From contig CAWGXL010000010.1 in the NCBI GenBank assembly GCA_963826535.1, positions 298,814 through 362,813 of the forward strand: a stretch of DNA of 64,000 bases, written 5' to 3'. Of the stretch, positions 18,706 through 27,641 are shown in pieces. Numbering within the stretch: position 1 is the first letter of the stretch; every line of letters begins with the position of its first letter. The stretch comes from an uncultured bacterium. GTDB lineage: Bacteria; Patescibacteriota; Microgenomatia; Levybacterales; UBA12049. The notes beneath the pieces were generated by a model. It did not search any database, had not been told where the DNA came from, and worked only from the letters and a program-made list of their open reading frames with translations. A program made the translations under genes and the position numbers.

Positions 18706-19140
18706 ATGGAATTCGATAATAGCATTACAAGTATAAAAATAGATCATTTAACTCTCCAAAATGAAGTATCATCTTTAATCAACGAATATAAGTTTCTGCG
18801 GAAAAGAAAACTAAAAACTAATCCTAATATAAAGTTTAGGCATTGTACGGAAAGGCATCAAGGAAATACAAACGGTTCAGTTAATAAAAGTTTACTCTGG
18901 CGCCAAAATGAGGCTTACGAAAGACATTATTTAAATATACGCAGAGAAACATCAACTGAAATAGTTGAAATTGAAATTTATAAAAGCTTAGGTACTGAAC
19001 CGCCTACTGAAATTAATATAAGTATACAAACTTTGCCAGTGGGAATAAAAACATACTATGAAAATTATAAATTTGCTTCTATAACAGGCCGTGAATTAAT
19101 CAACGGGTTACCCTTGACGTTAACAAAACCGCATGGCTAA
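18706..19140 (+). CDS. Hypothetical protein
   Basis: 144-aa ORF. Overlaps the next ORF by 8 nt (operon-like). No motif. Confidence 0.4.
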   Translation: MEFDNSITSIKIDHLTLQNEVSSLINEYKFLRKRKLKTNPNIKFRHCTERHQGNTNGSVNKSLLWRQNEAYERHYLNIRRETSTEIVEIEIYKSLGTEPPTEINISIQTLPVGIKTYYENYKFASITGRELINGLPLTLTKPHG

Positions 19141-19654
19141 AAAAAAGATTTACCTGCCCTATGCTTTAGTTGCATTTATAGGAGAAATGTATTACAATTC
19201 TAATATTATGGAACGATTTAGTCGTAGGAAACAAGAACAAGACAACCAAAATGGCGTAGGTCAAGTTTTTACCGAAATAGAAACACTATTTGAGTCAACC
19301 TGGATAAACGATACTCCTACAGAAAAAGTAGCTGGAAGTGGAATAAATAAAAAAAATGGACAAAGGCCTGAGGATCCAAATGTTGGAACTCTGGTAGGGA
19401 TTGGTGAAAATGAATTAAGAATCGAAAGATATACAAAAGTCAGAGAAGAATTTAAAAGACCCTCTATAATAATGCATCACAAACTAACCCTAGACTCTAG
19501 TGAAAAAGGAAATGCTCAAATAGTTTACAAAATATTAGGTACTAGGGGTAAATTCAATATGAAACCAATAATTAAAAGTGGACACGAAGCTGCTGACTTA
19601 GCCAGACAAATGGTCAAATCACGACCCGCTACATTTGATATTGTCCCCATATAA
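19133..19654 (+). CDS. Hypothetical protein
   Basis: 173-aa ORF, no motif. Confidence 0.4.
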   Translation: MAKKKIYLPYALVAFIGEMYYNSNIMERFSRRKQEQDNQNGVGQVFTEIETLFESTWINDTPTEKVAGSGINKKNGQRPEDPNVGTLVGIGENELRIERYTKVREEFKRPSIIMHHKLTLDSSEKGNAQIVYKILGTRGKFNMKPIIKSGHEAADLARQMVKSRPATFDIVPI

Positions 19655-19730
19655 CAAAACTTAGTATAATGAAAACACAGTTTTTACTGAACTGTTGAAC
19701 TTTTAAGGAACCTGTAGTATAATCTCGATT

Positions 19731-20270
19731 GTGTTTATTTTTGAAGTAGAAATAGGGAGATCAATCCCGGTAGATTTTATAGCTAGAGAACCAGAAGTAG
19801 TAAAAGACACACTTTCACCTTCAGAATTAGATTTAAAAACTACAGATCTGATAACTGACTTTAGAGCAAAGGCATTGGGCGTTTTGACCGAGAATATTGG
19901 CGAAGGTTCTGTTTTTCTTGATTTTGAATTTGGTGGTGATTTTCCTCATATTTTTAATAGACAGACATCAACAAGAATCTCTTTTGAAAGTTATTCAACT
20001 CATTTATTACTTAGATGTCAAGATGAATATTTAGACATGCCTGAGAAAAATAGAGTTCGAGAAGCAACCGTAGATAGTAAGTTATTACGAATACCTGGAC
20101 TGATAAAGCCAGGAAAAACTATTTTTCATTCCGAGTTCAAATTAGTAAGCGTTAATGAAAAACAAATAAGAGACGTAAACAGCCTACAAGCATATGATAA
20201 AGTCTCGGCTCTTATAAAAAATTTACCTATGGGAAAAATTCGACATCATATTAGTCCATTAAATGTTTAA
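19731..20270 (+). CDS. Hypothetical protein
   Basis: 179-aa ORF with a GTG start. Preceded by TTGAAC (19695-19700), a 17-nt spacer, then TATAAT (19718-19723). Confidence 0.45.
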   Translation: MFIFEVEIGRSIPVDFIAREPEVVKDTLSPSELDLKTTDLITDFRAKALGVLTENIGEGSVFLDFEFGGDFPHIFNRQTSTRISFESYSTHLLLRCQDEYLDMPEKNRVREATVDSKLLRIPGLIKPGKTIFHSEFKLVSVNEKQIRDVNSLQAYDKVSALIKNLPMGKIRHHISPLNV

Positions 20271-20308
20271 TATTGAACCACCACCTTTTTTAAGCTACAA
20301 TTGAAACC

Positions 20309-23300
20309 ATGTTTAAACCCGTTTCACCTAAAGTAGACTTCCCGGAAAAAGAACTAGAATTATTAAAGATGTGGCATGAAGAAGGAATTGTCGAAAAATA
20401 TTTACACCGCAACGATAAATCCAACAACCGTTTTTCCTTTTTAGATGGACCTATAACAGCAAACAATCCCATGGGTGTGCACCATGCATGGGGACGTACA
20501 TACAAAGACCTCTGGCAACGCTTTTGGAATATGCGGGGATATAAACAGCGTTTTCAAAATGGCTTTGACTGCCAGGGACTTTGGGTAGAAGTCGAGGTCG
20601 AAAAAGAATTGGGAATTCGTAATAAAAAAGATATAGAAAACCTTGTGCCAGGAAAAAAGAAGGAAAGCATCGCCAAATTTGTAAGTCTCTGCAAAGAACG
20701 AGTCCGCAAATTTAGTCATATTCAGACAGAGCAAAGTAAACGCCTAGGTTACTTTATGGATTGGGACAATTCTTACTTCACAATGTCGGATGAAAATAAT
20801 TACATGATCTGGTATTTTCTCAAAACTTGCCATGAAAAAGGCTGGATCTATAAAGGCAATGATTGCGTCCCCTGGTGTCCGCGCTGCGAAACAGCCATTT
20901 CTCAGCACGAAATGCTTACAGAAGACTACAAAGAAATTCAACACGAAACAGTTTTTCTCAAATTACCAATCGTTAGTCAGGGATGGGAAAATACGTATCT
21001 CCTAGTTTGGACTACCACGCCATGGACTATTCCTGCCAATGTCGCTATTGGCGTAAATGCCAAATATACCTATGGGGTATGGCAGAATGATGTATCAGGT
21101 GAAAAAGTTTTATTTATTGATAAAGATGAGAATAATATTACGCCTACCCGGCTATTAAAAGGAAAAGAAATTCCGGTAAATGAATATATTTTATTTAACC
21201 TCGAAAACGCTTTCACCAAAATAAAAGAAGTACCAGGACAGGAATTAGTCGGTCTTCACTATTTAGCACCATTTGACAATCTCCCCCTTGTCCAAAAAGC
21301 CAAAGACGAACACCCCAAAACATTCCATAAAGTTGTGAACGCCTCAAAAATTGTAACCGCTGGAGAGGGGACAGGATTATTACATGTTGCCCCCGGTGCC
21401 GGAAAAGAAGACTTTGACTTAGCTAAAACTGAACATTTATCCGTAATATCTCCGATAAACGATACTGCAGCATATGTTCAAGAAATGGGAGAATTTAACA
21501 GCAAAAACGCTAAAAAACACCCCGAACTAATTATCGATTATTTAAAAAATCAAGACAACGGAAAGTTTTTACTCAAAACAATGCACTACACCCATCGCTA
21601 TCCTGCATGTTGGCGCTGCAAAACCGAACTCGTCTGGAAAGTAACCCAAGAATGGTATATAGCCATGGATAAGCCGGAGAACTTGTCCGCCAGCCGGCGG
21701 AAAGGCAAAGGTAAAACTTTAAGAATGCAGATGATCGAAGTCGCCAAAAAAATCGACTGGCACCCCAAATTTGGCTTAGAAAGAGAATTAGATTGGTTAG
21801 CAAACATGCACGATTGGTTAATTAGTAAGAAGAACAGATATTGGGGCCTCGCCCTTCCTATCTACGAATGTAATAAATGTGGACACTTCGAAGTCATCGG
21901 CTCCAAAGAAGAACTAAAAGAAAAAGCTGTTTCCGGCTGGAAAGAATTTACAGGTCACACCCCGCATAAGCCATATATTGATGAGGTAAAAATAAAATGT
22001 TCCAAATGTGCGGAGACTGTCTCTCGTCTTGATGACGTCGCCAATGTTTGGCTCGATGCCGGTATTGTTCCATTTTCCACTCTTATAGATCCGCAAACCA
22101 AGAAATTAAGCTACACTACAGACAAGAAATACTGGAAGAAATGGTTTCCTGCTGACTTGGTTAGTGAACAGCTTGCCGGACAATTTAAGAATTGGTTTTA
22201 TGCTTTGATAGCCATGTCAACAGTTCTTGAAAAAACAAATCCTTTTAAGTCGCTTTTTGGCTACGGAACTGTTTTTGGGGAGGATGGAAGACCCATGCAT
22301 AAATCTTGGGGTAATTCTATCGAATTTAATGAAGCAGCAGACAAAATCGGTGTTGATGTGATGCGATGGATGTATGCAACAGCGGATCCGGAGCAAAATA
22401 TTTTATTTGGTTACAAAAAAGCTGATGAAGTGCGCCGGAGATTTCATCTTATGCTCTGGAATATCTATAATTTTTTTGTAACCTATTCCAATGTTGACTC
22501 ATGGGAACCGGATCTCACCAAATTCGCGACCCGTCCATCTGATAATATTCTTGACACCTGGATCATTTCTCGTTTACACGCAACCATTAAAATAGTTACT
22601 CAAAACTTAGAAAAATACGATATCCAAAATGCAAGTCTTGCAATTGAATCATTTGTTCAGGACATATCGCTCTGGTATATCCGCCGGAGTCGTGTCAGAG
22701 TCGGACCTTCTGCGGTAAATGAAAAAGATAAGAAAAATTTTTATGAAACAACTTACGCGCTACTTATTACATTAAGCAAACTGCTCGCACCTTTCACCCC
22801 ATTTATTGCAGAAGAAATCTATACCAATCTTACAGGTGAATCATCCGTTCATCTCACTAATTGGCCAAATACAATAAATCAATTATTAAATCCTGAGCTT
22901 GAAACCGATATGTCAAATGGCCGTTTACTCGCATCGGAAGTATTAATGAAACGTAAAATCACAAGTATTAAAGTCCGTATACCTTTGAAAAAAATAACTT
23001 ATATTGGACCTGAAGAATTATCCGTAAGTGTCAATAAAATCGTTCGGGATGAAGTTAATGTGCAGGATCTAAAATTTGCACAACAAAGTCAATCTTACGA
23101 GGTAAAAAGTCCCGATAAAGAACTTTCAGATATTAGCAATCAGGATGAAGAGCTCGGACATGCCCGGGAGATTGTAAGACAAATCCAGGAAGAGAGAAAG
23201 AAGCTCGCGACTAGACTGGATGAAAAAGTTGATGTGACACTAACCGAATGGCCTTCTTTACACGAGGAATATATCAAAAGAAACGCTCTAGTTAGTTCAC

Positions 23301-23338
23301 TTAAGAAAGGGGAGTTTCAAGTTAAGCGTTTGAGTTAA
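20309..23338 (+). CDS. ileS: Isoleucyl-tRNA synthetase (type 2)
   Basis: Class I HIGH-region variant PMGVHHAWGRT. Zn-binding CPRCETAI / CWRCKT. DWLISKKNRYWG. KMSKS-like MHKSWGNS. 1009 aa. Confidence 0.85.
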   Translation: MFKPVSPKVDFPEKELELLKMWHEEGIVEKYLHRNDKSNNRFSFLDGPITANNPMGVHHAWGRTYKDLWQRFWNMRGYKQRFQNGFDCQGLWVEVEVEKELGIRNKKDIENLVPGKKKESIAKFVSLCKERVRKFSHIQTEQSKRLGYFMDWDNSYFTMSDENNYMIWYFLKTCHEKGWIYKGNDCVPWCPRCETAISQHEMLTEDYKEIQHETVFLKLPIVSQGWENTYLLVWTTTPWTIPANVAIGVNAKYTYGVWQNDVSGEKVLFIDKDENNITPTRLLKGKEIPVNEYILFNLENAFTKIKEVPGQELVGLHYLAPFDNLPLVQKAKDEHPKTFHKVVNASKIVTAGEGTGLLHVAPGAGKEDFDLAKTEHLSVISPINDTAAYVQEMGEFNSKNAKKHPELIIDYLKNQDNGKFLLKTMHYTHRYPACWRCKTELVWKVTQEWYIAMDKPENLSASRRKGKGKTLRMQMIEVAKKIDWHPKFGLERELDWLANMHDWLISKKNRYWGLALPIYECNKCGHFEVIGSKEELKEKAVSGWKEFTGHTPHKPYIDEVKIKCSKCAETVSRLDDVANVWLDAGIVPFSTLIDPQTKKLSYTTDKKYWKKWFPADLVSEQLAGQFKNWFYALIAMSTVLEKTNPFKSLFGYGTVFGEDGRPMHKSWGNSIEFNEAADKIGVDVMRWMYATADPEQNILFGYKKADEVRRRFHLMLWNIYNFFVTYSNVDSWEPDLTKFATRPSDNILDTWIISRLHATIKIVTQNLEKYDIQNASLAIESFVQDISLWYIRRSRVRVGPSAVNEKDKKNFYETTYALLITLSKLLAPFTPFIAEEIYTNLTGESSVHLTNWPNTINQLLNPELETDMSNGRLLASEVLMKRKITSIKVRIPLKKITYIGPEELSVSVNKIVRDEVNVQDLKFAQQSQSYEVKSPDKELSDISNQDEELGHAREIVRQIQEERKKLATRLDEKVDVTLTEWPSLHEEYIKRNALVSSLKKGEFQVKRLS

Positions 23339-23359
23339 CCACTCACCCTACTCAAATTA

Positions 23360-23408
23360 TTGTCATTCCCGCGCCTGCCCGCCTATGGAGGGTTTAGGGG
23401 AATGACAA
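23360..23408. repeat. Palindromic intergenic element, copy A (TTGTCATTCCC...GGGGAATGACAA)
   Basis: 10-bp perfect terminal inverted repeat around a GC-rich loop (gcgcctgcccgcctatggagggtttag). Lies between ileS and rodA. Confidence 0.6.
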
Positions 23409-23444
23409 AGCTTTGTTTAACATGAGTTAAACGACGATTCTTTC

Positions 23445-24521
23445 ATGGGAATAAAACTAAAAATCGATTTTTGGCTTCTCGCTCCAGTTTGCGTGCTCCT
23501 GCTTATCGGACTTACAACACTTTCTTCAATAAACCCTCTATTTCTTCGAAATCAAAGCTTTTCCCTTATTATTGCGATTATTATTTTTTTATTTTTAACT
23601 CAAATAGACTATAAAGTTTATAAAAATATAAAAATCCCGATTTATATTCTCTCAATAATAATGCTTTTTATAGTACTTCTAATAGGTCTAGAAAGTAGAG
23701 GAGCAGTCCGCTGGATTGAACTATTTGGAGTACGTATACAACTTTCCGAGATCTTCAAGCCAATTCTCTCCTTGGCTTTTGCAGCTTATATTGCAGATAA
23801 AAAACGCATAACATTCAAAACATTTCTTTCCATGATTATATTTTTAATTCCTGTCGCGGTTTTAATTTACCTTCAGCCGGATTTAGGGAATGCTTTAATT
23901 TATATCGGAGTTTTTTTTCTCACATTAATTATCATCGGACTTCCAATTGTTTGGTTTTTAATAGCTGTTTTGCCCGTAATATTAGTTTCTCCATTTTTCT
24001 GGAATATGCTTCATGATTACCAGCGGCAAAGAATTATTACATTTTTAAATCCCACAAATGACCCGCTCGGGACGTCATATAATAGCATCCAAGCTTTAAT
24101 TGCCGTCGGCTCAGGAATGTTCTTTGGAAAAGGGCTCGGAGAAAGCACGCAATCAGGATTACGATTTCTTCCCGAAAGGCATACGGATTTTATCTTCGCT
24201 ACGCTCTCAGAAGGAATGGGTTTTACCGGTGGGATTATTGTAATTCTCGCTTTCACTTTCCTTTTATATCGTATCTATAAAATTTTCGGAAGCGCGACTG
24301 GTCTATATGAAAAAACCTTTCTTGCCTGTGGCTTTTTTTTCTTTCTCATTCAATTTTTATTAAATATAGGCATGAATATTGGTATCCTACCGGTAGTTGG
24401 AGTTACTCTACCATTCGTTTCATTTGGCGGAAGTTCACTTGTAGCTAATTTTATCTTCTTGAGCATTATTTCTTCAATCAGCGTTTCACAGAAAAAAAGT
24501 TACGTGCTGGAAATTAAATGA
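23445..24521 (+). CDS. SEDS-family peptidoglycan glycosyltransferase (FtsW/RodA)
   Basis: Polytopic protein with GSGMFFGKGLGESTQSGLRFLPERHTDFIFATLSEGMGFTGG. Confidence 0.85.
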   Translation: MGIKLKIDFWLLAPVCVLLLIGLTTLSSINPLFLRNQSFSLIIAIIIFLFLTQIDYKVYKNIKIPIYILSIIMLFIVLLIGLESRGAVRWIELFGVRIQLSEIFKPILSLAFAAYIADKKRITFKTFLSMIIFLIPVAVLIYLQPDLGNALIYIGVFFLTLIIIGLPIVWFLIAVLPVILVSPFFWNMLHDYQRQRIITFLNPTNDPLGTSYNSIQALIAVGSGMFFGKGLGESTQSGLRFLPERHTDFIFATLSEGMGFTGGIIVILAFTFLLYRIYKIFGSATGLYEKTFLACGFFFFLIQFLLNIGMNIGILPVVGVTLPFVSFGGSSLVANFIFLSIISSISVSQKKSYVLEIK

Positions 24522-24550
24522 ATATTTTGGTATAATTTAATCTCAATAAT

Positions 24551-24931
24551 ATGGACTATGCAATTATAGAATCAGGAGGCAAGCAATATAAGGCTAGCAT
24601 TGGTGGAATATTAGATATTGATAGGTTGAATCTGGCTCCGGGAAATACACACTTATTTGAAAAAGTGCTGTTGTACACAGCAGGAGGTGTATGCAAAATT
24701 GGCCGCCCTACACTAAATGAAGTTTCGGTACAGGGAAAAGTATTAGAACATTTTAAGGGAGACAAAATCCGCGTCGCGAAATTTAAAGCCAAAGCCAGGT
24801 ACAGAAAAGTTCAGGGTCATAGACAATTGCTCACCAGAATACAAATCACTGAAATTTCAAACAATCAATCAAATGCCAAGTCAGAGAAGAAAGCCGCAGC
24901 TGCCACGGATGTTAAAAAAAGTAAAAAATAA
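24551..24931 (+). CDS. rplU: 50S ribosomal protein L21 (with C-terminal Lys/Ala-rich extension)
   Basis: MDYAIIESGGKQYKASIGGILDIDRL...KIRVAKFKAKARYRKVQGHRQLLTRIQITEI. Confidence 0.9.
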   Translation: MDYAIIESGGKQYKASIGGILDIDRLNLAPGNTHLFEKVLLYTAGGVCKIGRPTLNEVSVQGKVLEHFKGDKIRVAKFKAKARYRKVQGHRQLLTRIQITEISNNQSNAKSEKKAAAATDVKKSKK

Positions 24932-25041
24932 TTAAGAATTCTTATAGCTTTACCGATTAATACTTGACATCCGTGAAAAGCTATCGTATTATAAAAATAA
25001 ATTTTCACAATTCAATTTTAACTTTGAACTTTTAATTATAT

Positions 25042-25293
25042 ATGGCACATACAAAAGCACAAGGATCAGTAAAAGGCAATCGCGATTCTAGACCAAAATA
25101 CCTGGGGATAAAATTATATGGCGGAGAAAAAGCAATTCCGGGTAATATTCTGGTGCGTCAAAGGGGCAGCAAATTTAATGCCGGAAAAGGTGTATCAACT
25201 GGAAAAGACTTTACACTTTTCGCGACAGAAGCTGGAAAAGTAAGCTACATACAGCGGCTAGGTAAAAGAATAGTCCAAGTTATAAATGAATAA
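25042..25293 (+). CDS. rpmA: 50S ribosomal protein L27
   Basis: MAHTKAQGSVKGNRDSRPKYLGIKLYGGEKAIPGNILVRQRGSKFNAGKGV. Promoter TTGACA...TATTAT lies in the 110-bp gap after rplU. Confidence 0.95.
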   Translation: MAHTKAQGSVKGNRDSRPKYLGIKLYGGEKAIPGNILVRQRGSKFNAGKGVSTGKDFTLFATEAGKVSYIQRLGKRIVQVINE

Positions 25294-26110
25294 TCCCATT
25301 CAGGATAACAAAATATATGAATTGGACACAATGGAACTGCAGACCAATCCTCTGCAGCCGAGAGGTGTAATTACCCCTGATTCTCTTGCAGATCTGGTAG
25401 AATCTATCCGCGAACAAGGAATACTTGAACCCATTGTTGTCGCCAAAACACCAGCCGGATATCAAATTATTGCCGGCGAACGCCGTTGGCGGGCAGCCAA
25501 AATTCTCGGTCTAACTAAAATACCCGTTGTTGTCAAAGAAACTACACCGCAAGGGATGCTGGAAATGTCCATAGTTGAGAATGTTCAGCGTGAAGACCTC
25601 AATCCTATTGAACGCGCTCTGGCATATCGAAGACTTATTGACGAATTCGGATTAGGAACTACTGAGGTAGCCAAAAGAGTCGGAAAAAGTGTGCCGGCAG
25701 TCTCTAACACAATTCGACTTCTCTCATTACCCGATGCTATAAAAGATGCACTTGTCGCAGGAGTAATTACAGAAGGTCATGTACGCCCATTGCTTTCCCT
25801 GGGCGATCCCAAATTAATGCTTGATGTCTTCAAAACAATTTTGAAGGACAATTACACAGTCCGTCAAACAGAAGAATTAGCCCGTAAAATAAAAGGTGAT
25901 ATACAACAAAAAGAACCGAAGTCGGAAAAAGCCCACTTATGGATTCCTGAACAGGACCAAATGGCCAAGGAAATACAGGAGAAATATGAAGCAGATGATG
26001 TTGCCATTCAGCAATCTGGCAGACAAGTTAAAATCGTTATTATTATGAAAGGCGAACCTGAAATCACCACTAAGAAACTCCACCATCTTCACAAAACACT
26101 AACAGGGTAA
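25286..26110 (+). CDS. parB: ParB/Spo0J-family partition protein (orphan, no parA in window)
   Basis: ParB box GERRWRAAKILGLTKIPVVV. HTH TEVAKRVGKSVPAVSNTIRLL. Overlaps the rpmA stop by 8 nt. Confidence 0.85.
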   Translation: MNNPIQDNKIYELDTMELQTNPLQPRGVITPDSLADLVESIREQGILEPIVVAKTPAGYQIIAGERRWRAAKILGLTKIPVVVKETTPQGMLEMSIVENVQREDLNPIERALAYRRLIDEFGLGTTEVAKRVGKSVPAVSNTIRLLSLPDAIKDALVAGVITEGHVRPLLSLGDPKLMLDVFKTILKDNYTVRQTEELARKIKGDIQQKEPKSEKAHLWIPEQDQMAKEIQEKYEADDVAIQQSGRQVKIVIIMKGEPEITTKKLHHLHKTLTG

Positions 26111-26114
26111 ATTA

Positions 26115-26687
26115 TTATTTAGTAGAAGCTATATATGGATTTGTAATCGGCCTCATCGTATTCACAGGCCAGTACACGTAGAATGATATTCCGATAATAT
26201 CATCTTTACCTAGAAATCCCCACTCCCTCGAATCAGAGCTATAAGGCCTATTGTCACCCATAACAATAAAATTACCCTCAGGAACTACAATTGGCTCACC
26301 ATCCTTCATAAAAGAACCTCCATAAGTTCTCATATCACTTGCCAAATAAACACTTTCATTAAGCTTGCTTCCATTCACATATACAAACCCCTCCTTAACA
26401 AGCACTGTGTCTCCATGTTCGCCTATTACCCTCTTAATAAAATCTTTTTCTTTATCCGTTGGCGCTTTAAATACAATGACATCACCTTTATGTGGCTCAC
26501 TAAACCGTAAACCAATAAGATTAGTAAGAATATATTCTTTATTTTTAAATGTAGGATGCATAGAATCCCCGCTTACTTGGAATGGCCTGAGAATAAAAAT
26601 ATATATAACCAAAAAAATCGATGCAGCCATGAGAAATGTCTGCATAATATCAAGCACGATTGAGTAGGCCTTTTTCAGTATCTCCAT
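26115..26687 (-). CDS. lepB: Signal peptidase I
   Basis: N-terminal TM segment. Catalytic Ser box GDSMHPTF. Box E GDNRPYSSDSREWG. Confidence 0.85.
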   Translation of the reverse strand: MEILKKAYSIVLDIMQTFLMAASIFLVIYIFILRPFQVSGDSMHPTFKNKEYILTNLIGLRFSEPHKGDVIVFKAPTDKEKDFIKRVIGEHGDTVLVKEGFVYVNGSKLNESVYLASDMRTYGGSFMKDGEPIVVPEGNFIVMGDNRPYSSDSREWGFLGKDDIIGISFYVYWPVNTMRPITNPYIASTK

Positions 26688-26761
26688 AATGGAACTAATT
26701 ATCTCAATTGCGATTTACATTTGTCAACGTGGAGAGTTTTTGTTAAGATGAAAAAATATCA

Positions 26762-26835
26762 GGCCATTTAGCTCAGTTGGTTAGAGCGCTTCGTTCACAT
26801 CGAAGAGGCCGAAGGTCCGAATCCTTCAATGGCCA
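26762..26835 (+). tRNA. tRNA-Val(CAC): tRNA-Val (anticodon CAC)
   Basis: Hand-folded cloverleaf. Acceptor GGCCATT/AATGGCC (7 bp). D-stem GCTC/GAGC. Anticodon stem CTTCG/CGAAG with loop TTCACAT. T-stem GAAGG/CCTTC. Discriminator A73. CCA not encoded. The T-loop reads TCCGAAT (C at position 55). Confidence 0.85.
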
Positions 26836-26846
26836 CTATAATGCTT

Positions 26847-27641
26847 TTATGCTGCTTGTCTGTCTCGCTTTGAGAGAGGACTTAACATCCCCTGCTTTAA
26901 AAGCATTCTTTTCAGCCAATCTGATTTAGATTGAGCATCCTTTGTGGGTTGAATACCTTGTCTCCTAAGTCCGCTTTCAACCATTCTATTTGCCCTTAAC
27001 AAGCTATCATAGTGTCCGGGGATAAAAGGGGGCTTCAATTCAATTTCAATCACCTTTAATTTATCGCCCGCAAACCTTCTATATTCAGCTATCGATTGCT
27101 CCTTAAGTATTTCACATCTGTCCCCTGCAATCTCGACAATTGTCCCGTCAGACATTTGCACATCTCTCATCCATCTCTCTTTAATGAAAGTTGGTGAAAA
27201 AATTTGTATGTCAGGATTTACATTTAGCTGAATCAATGCACTTTCTATAGCTTTCGTCCTGCTTTTATCAGACTTAGGGTCAAATCGTATTTGGTTTTCT
27301 TGCATCGCAGAGAAGAATTGCATTTCATCATTTTCTTTAAGCGGTTCTTTATAACGCACTATGCTTCCCTCAGGGGCTTCAATCACCGTTACGCTTTTAT
27401 ATTTTGGTTTATTACCTGAGGTATTAACTTCTTCCGAAAAAACACAAAAACGGTTCGAGCTTTGGTATCTTGTGTCAGATACACCTCTGGCCCACGTAAT
27501 TTCAAGAGAACTTATTATTCTCTTAACTTTAGCACGGGAATCCAGCCCAATTCGTGCCTCAATCTCCACATGCCTTTTTTCTAGGTCAGATCCAGCATTC
27601 TCCCGATTTTCTTCTACACTTCTACCCATGTTTTTGTTCAA
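26847..27641 (-). CDS. Hypothetical protein with CYTH/triphosphate-tunnel-metalloenzyme-like signature
   Basis: N-terminal HVEIEARIG and C-terminal VIEIELKPP alternate-glutamate strands, plus IVEIAGD. Overlaps the upstream AAA+ gene by 20 nt. The fold assignment is an inference. Confidence 0.45.
   Translation of the reverse strand: MNKNMGRSVEENRENAGSDLEKRHVEIEARIGLDSRAKVKRIISSLEITWARGVSDTRYQSSNRFCVFSEEVNTSGNKPKYKSVTVIEAPEGSIVRYKEPLKENDEMQFFSAMQENQIRFDPKSDKSRTKAIESALIQLNVNPDIQIFSPTFIKERWMRDVQMSDGTIVEIAGDRCEILKEQSIAEYRRFAGDKLKVIEIELKPPFIPGHYDSLLRANRMVESGLRRQGIQPTKDAQSKSDWLKRMLLKQGMLSPLSKRDRQAA

Noticed and set aside
26762-26835. tRNA could be a pseudo-tRNA because the T-loop reads TCCGAAT (C at position 55)
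   Set aside because: All four stems are perfect, and U33, purine 37 and A73 are canonical for tRNA-Val. The single T-loop deviation is insufficient to call a pseudogene.
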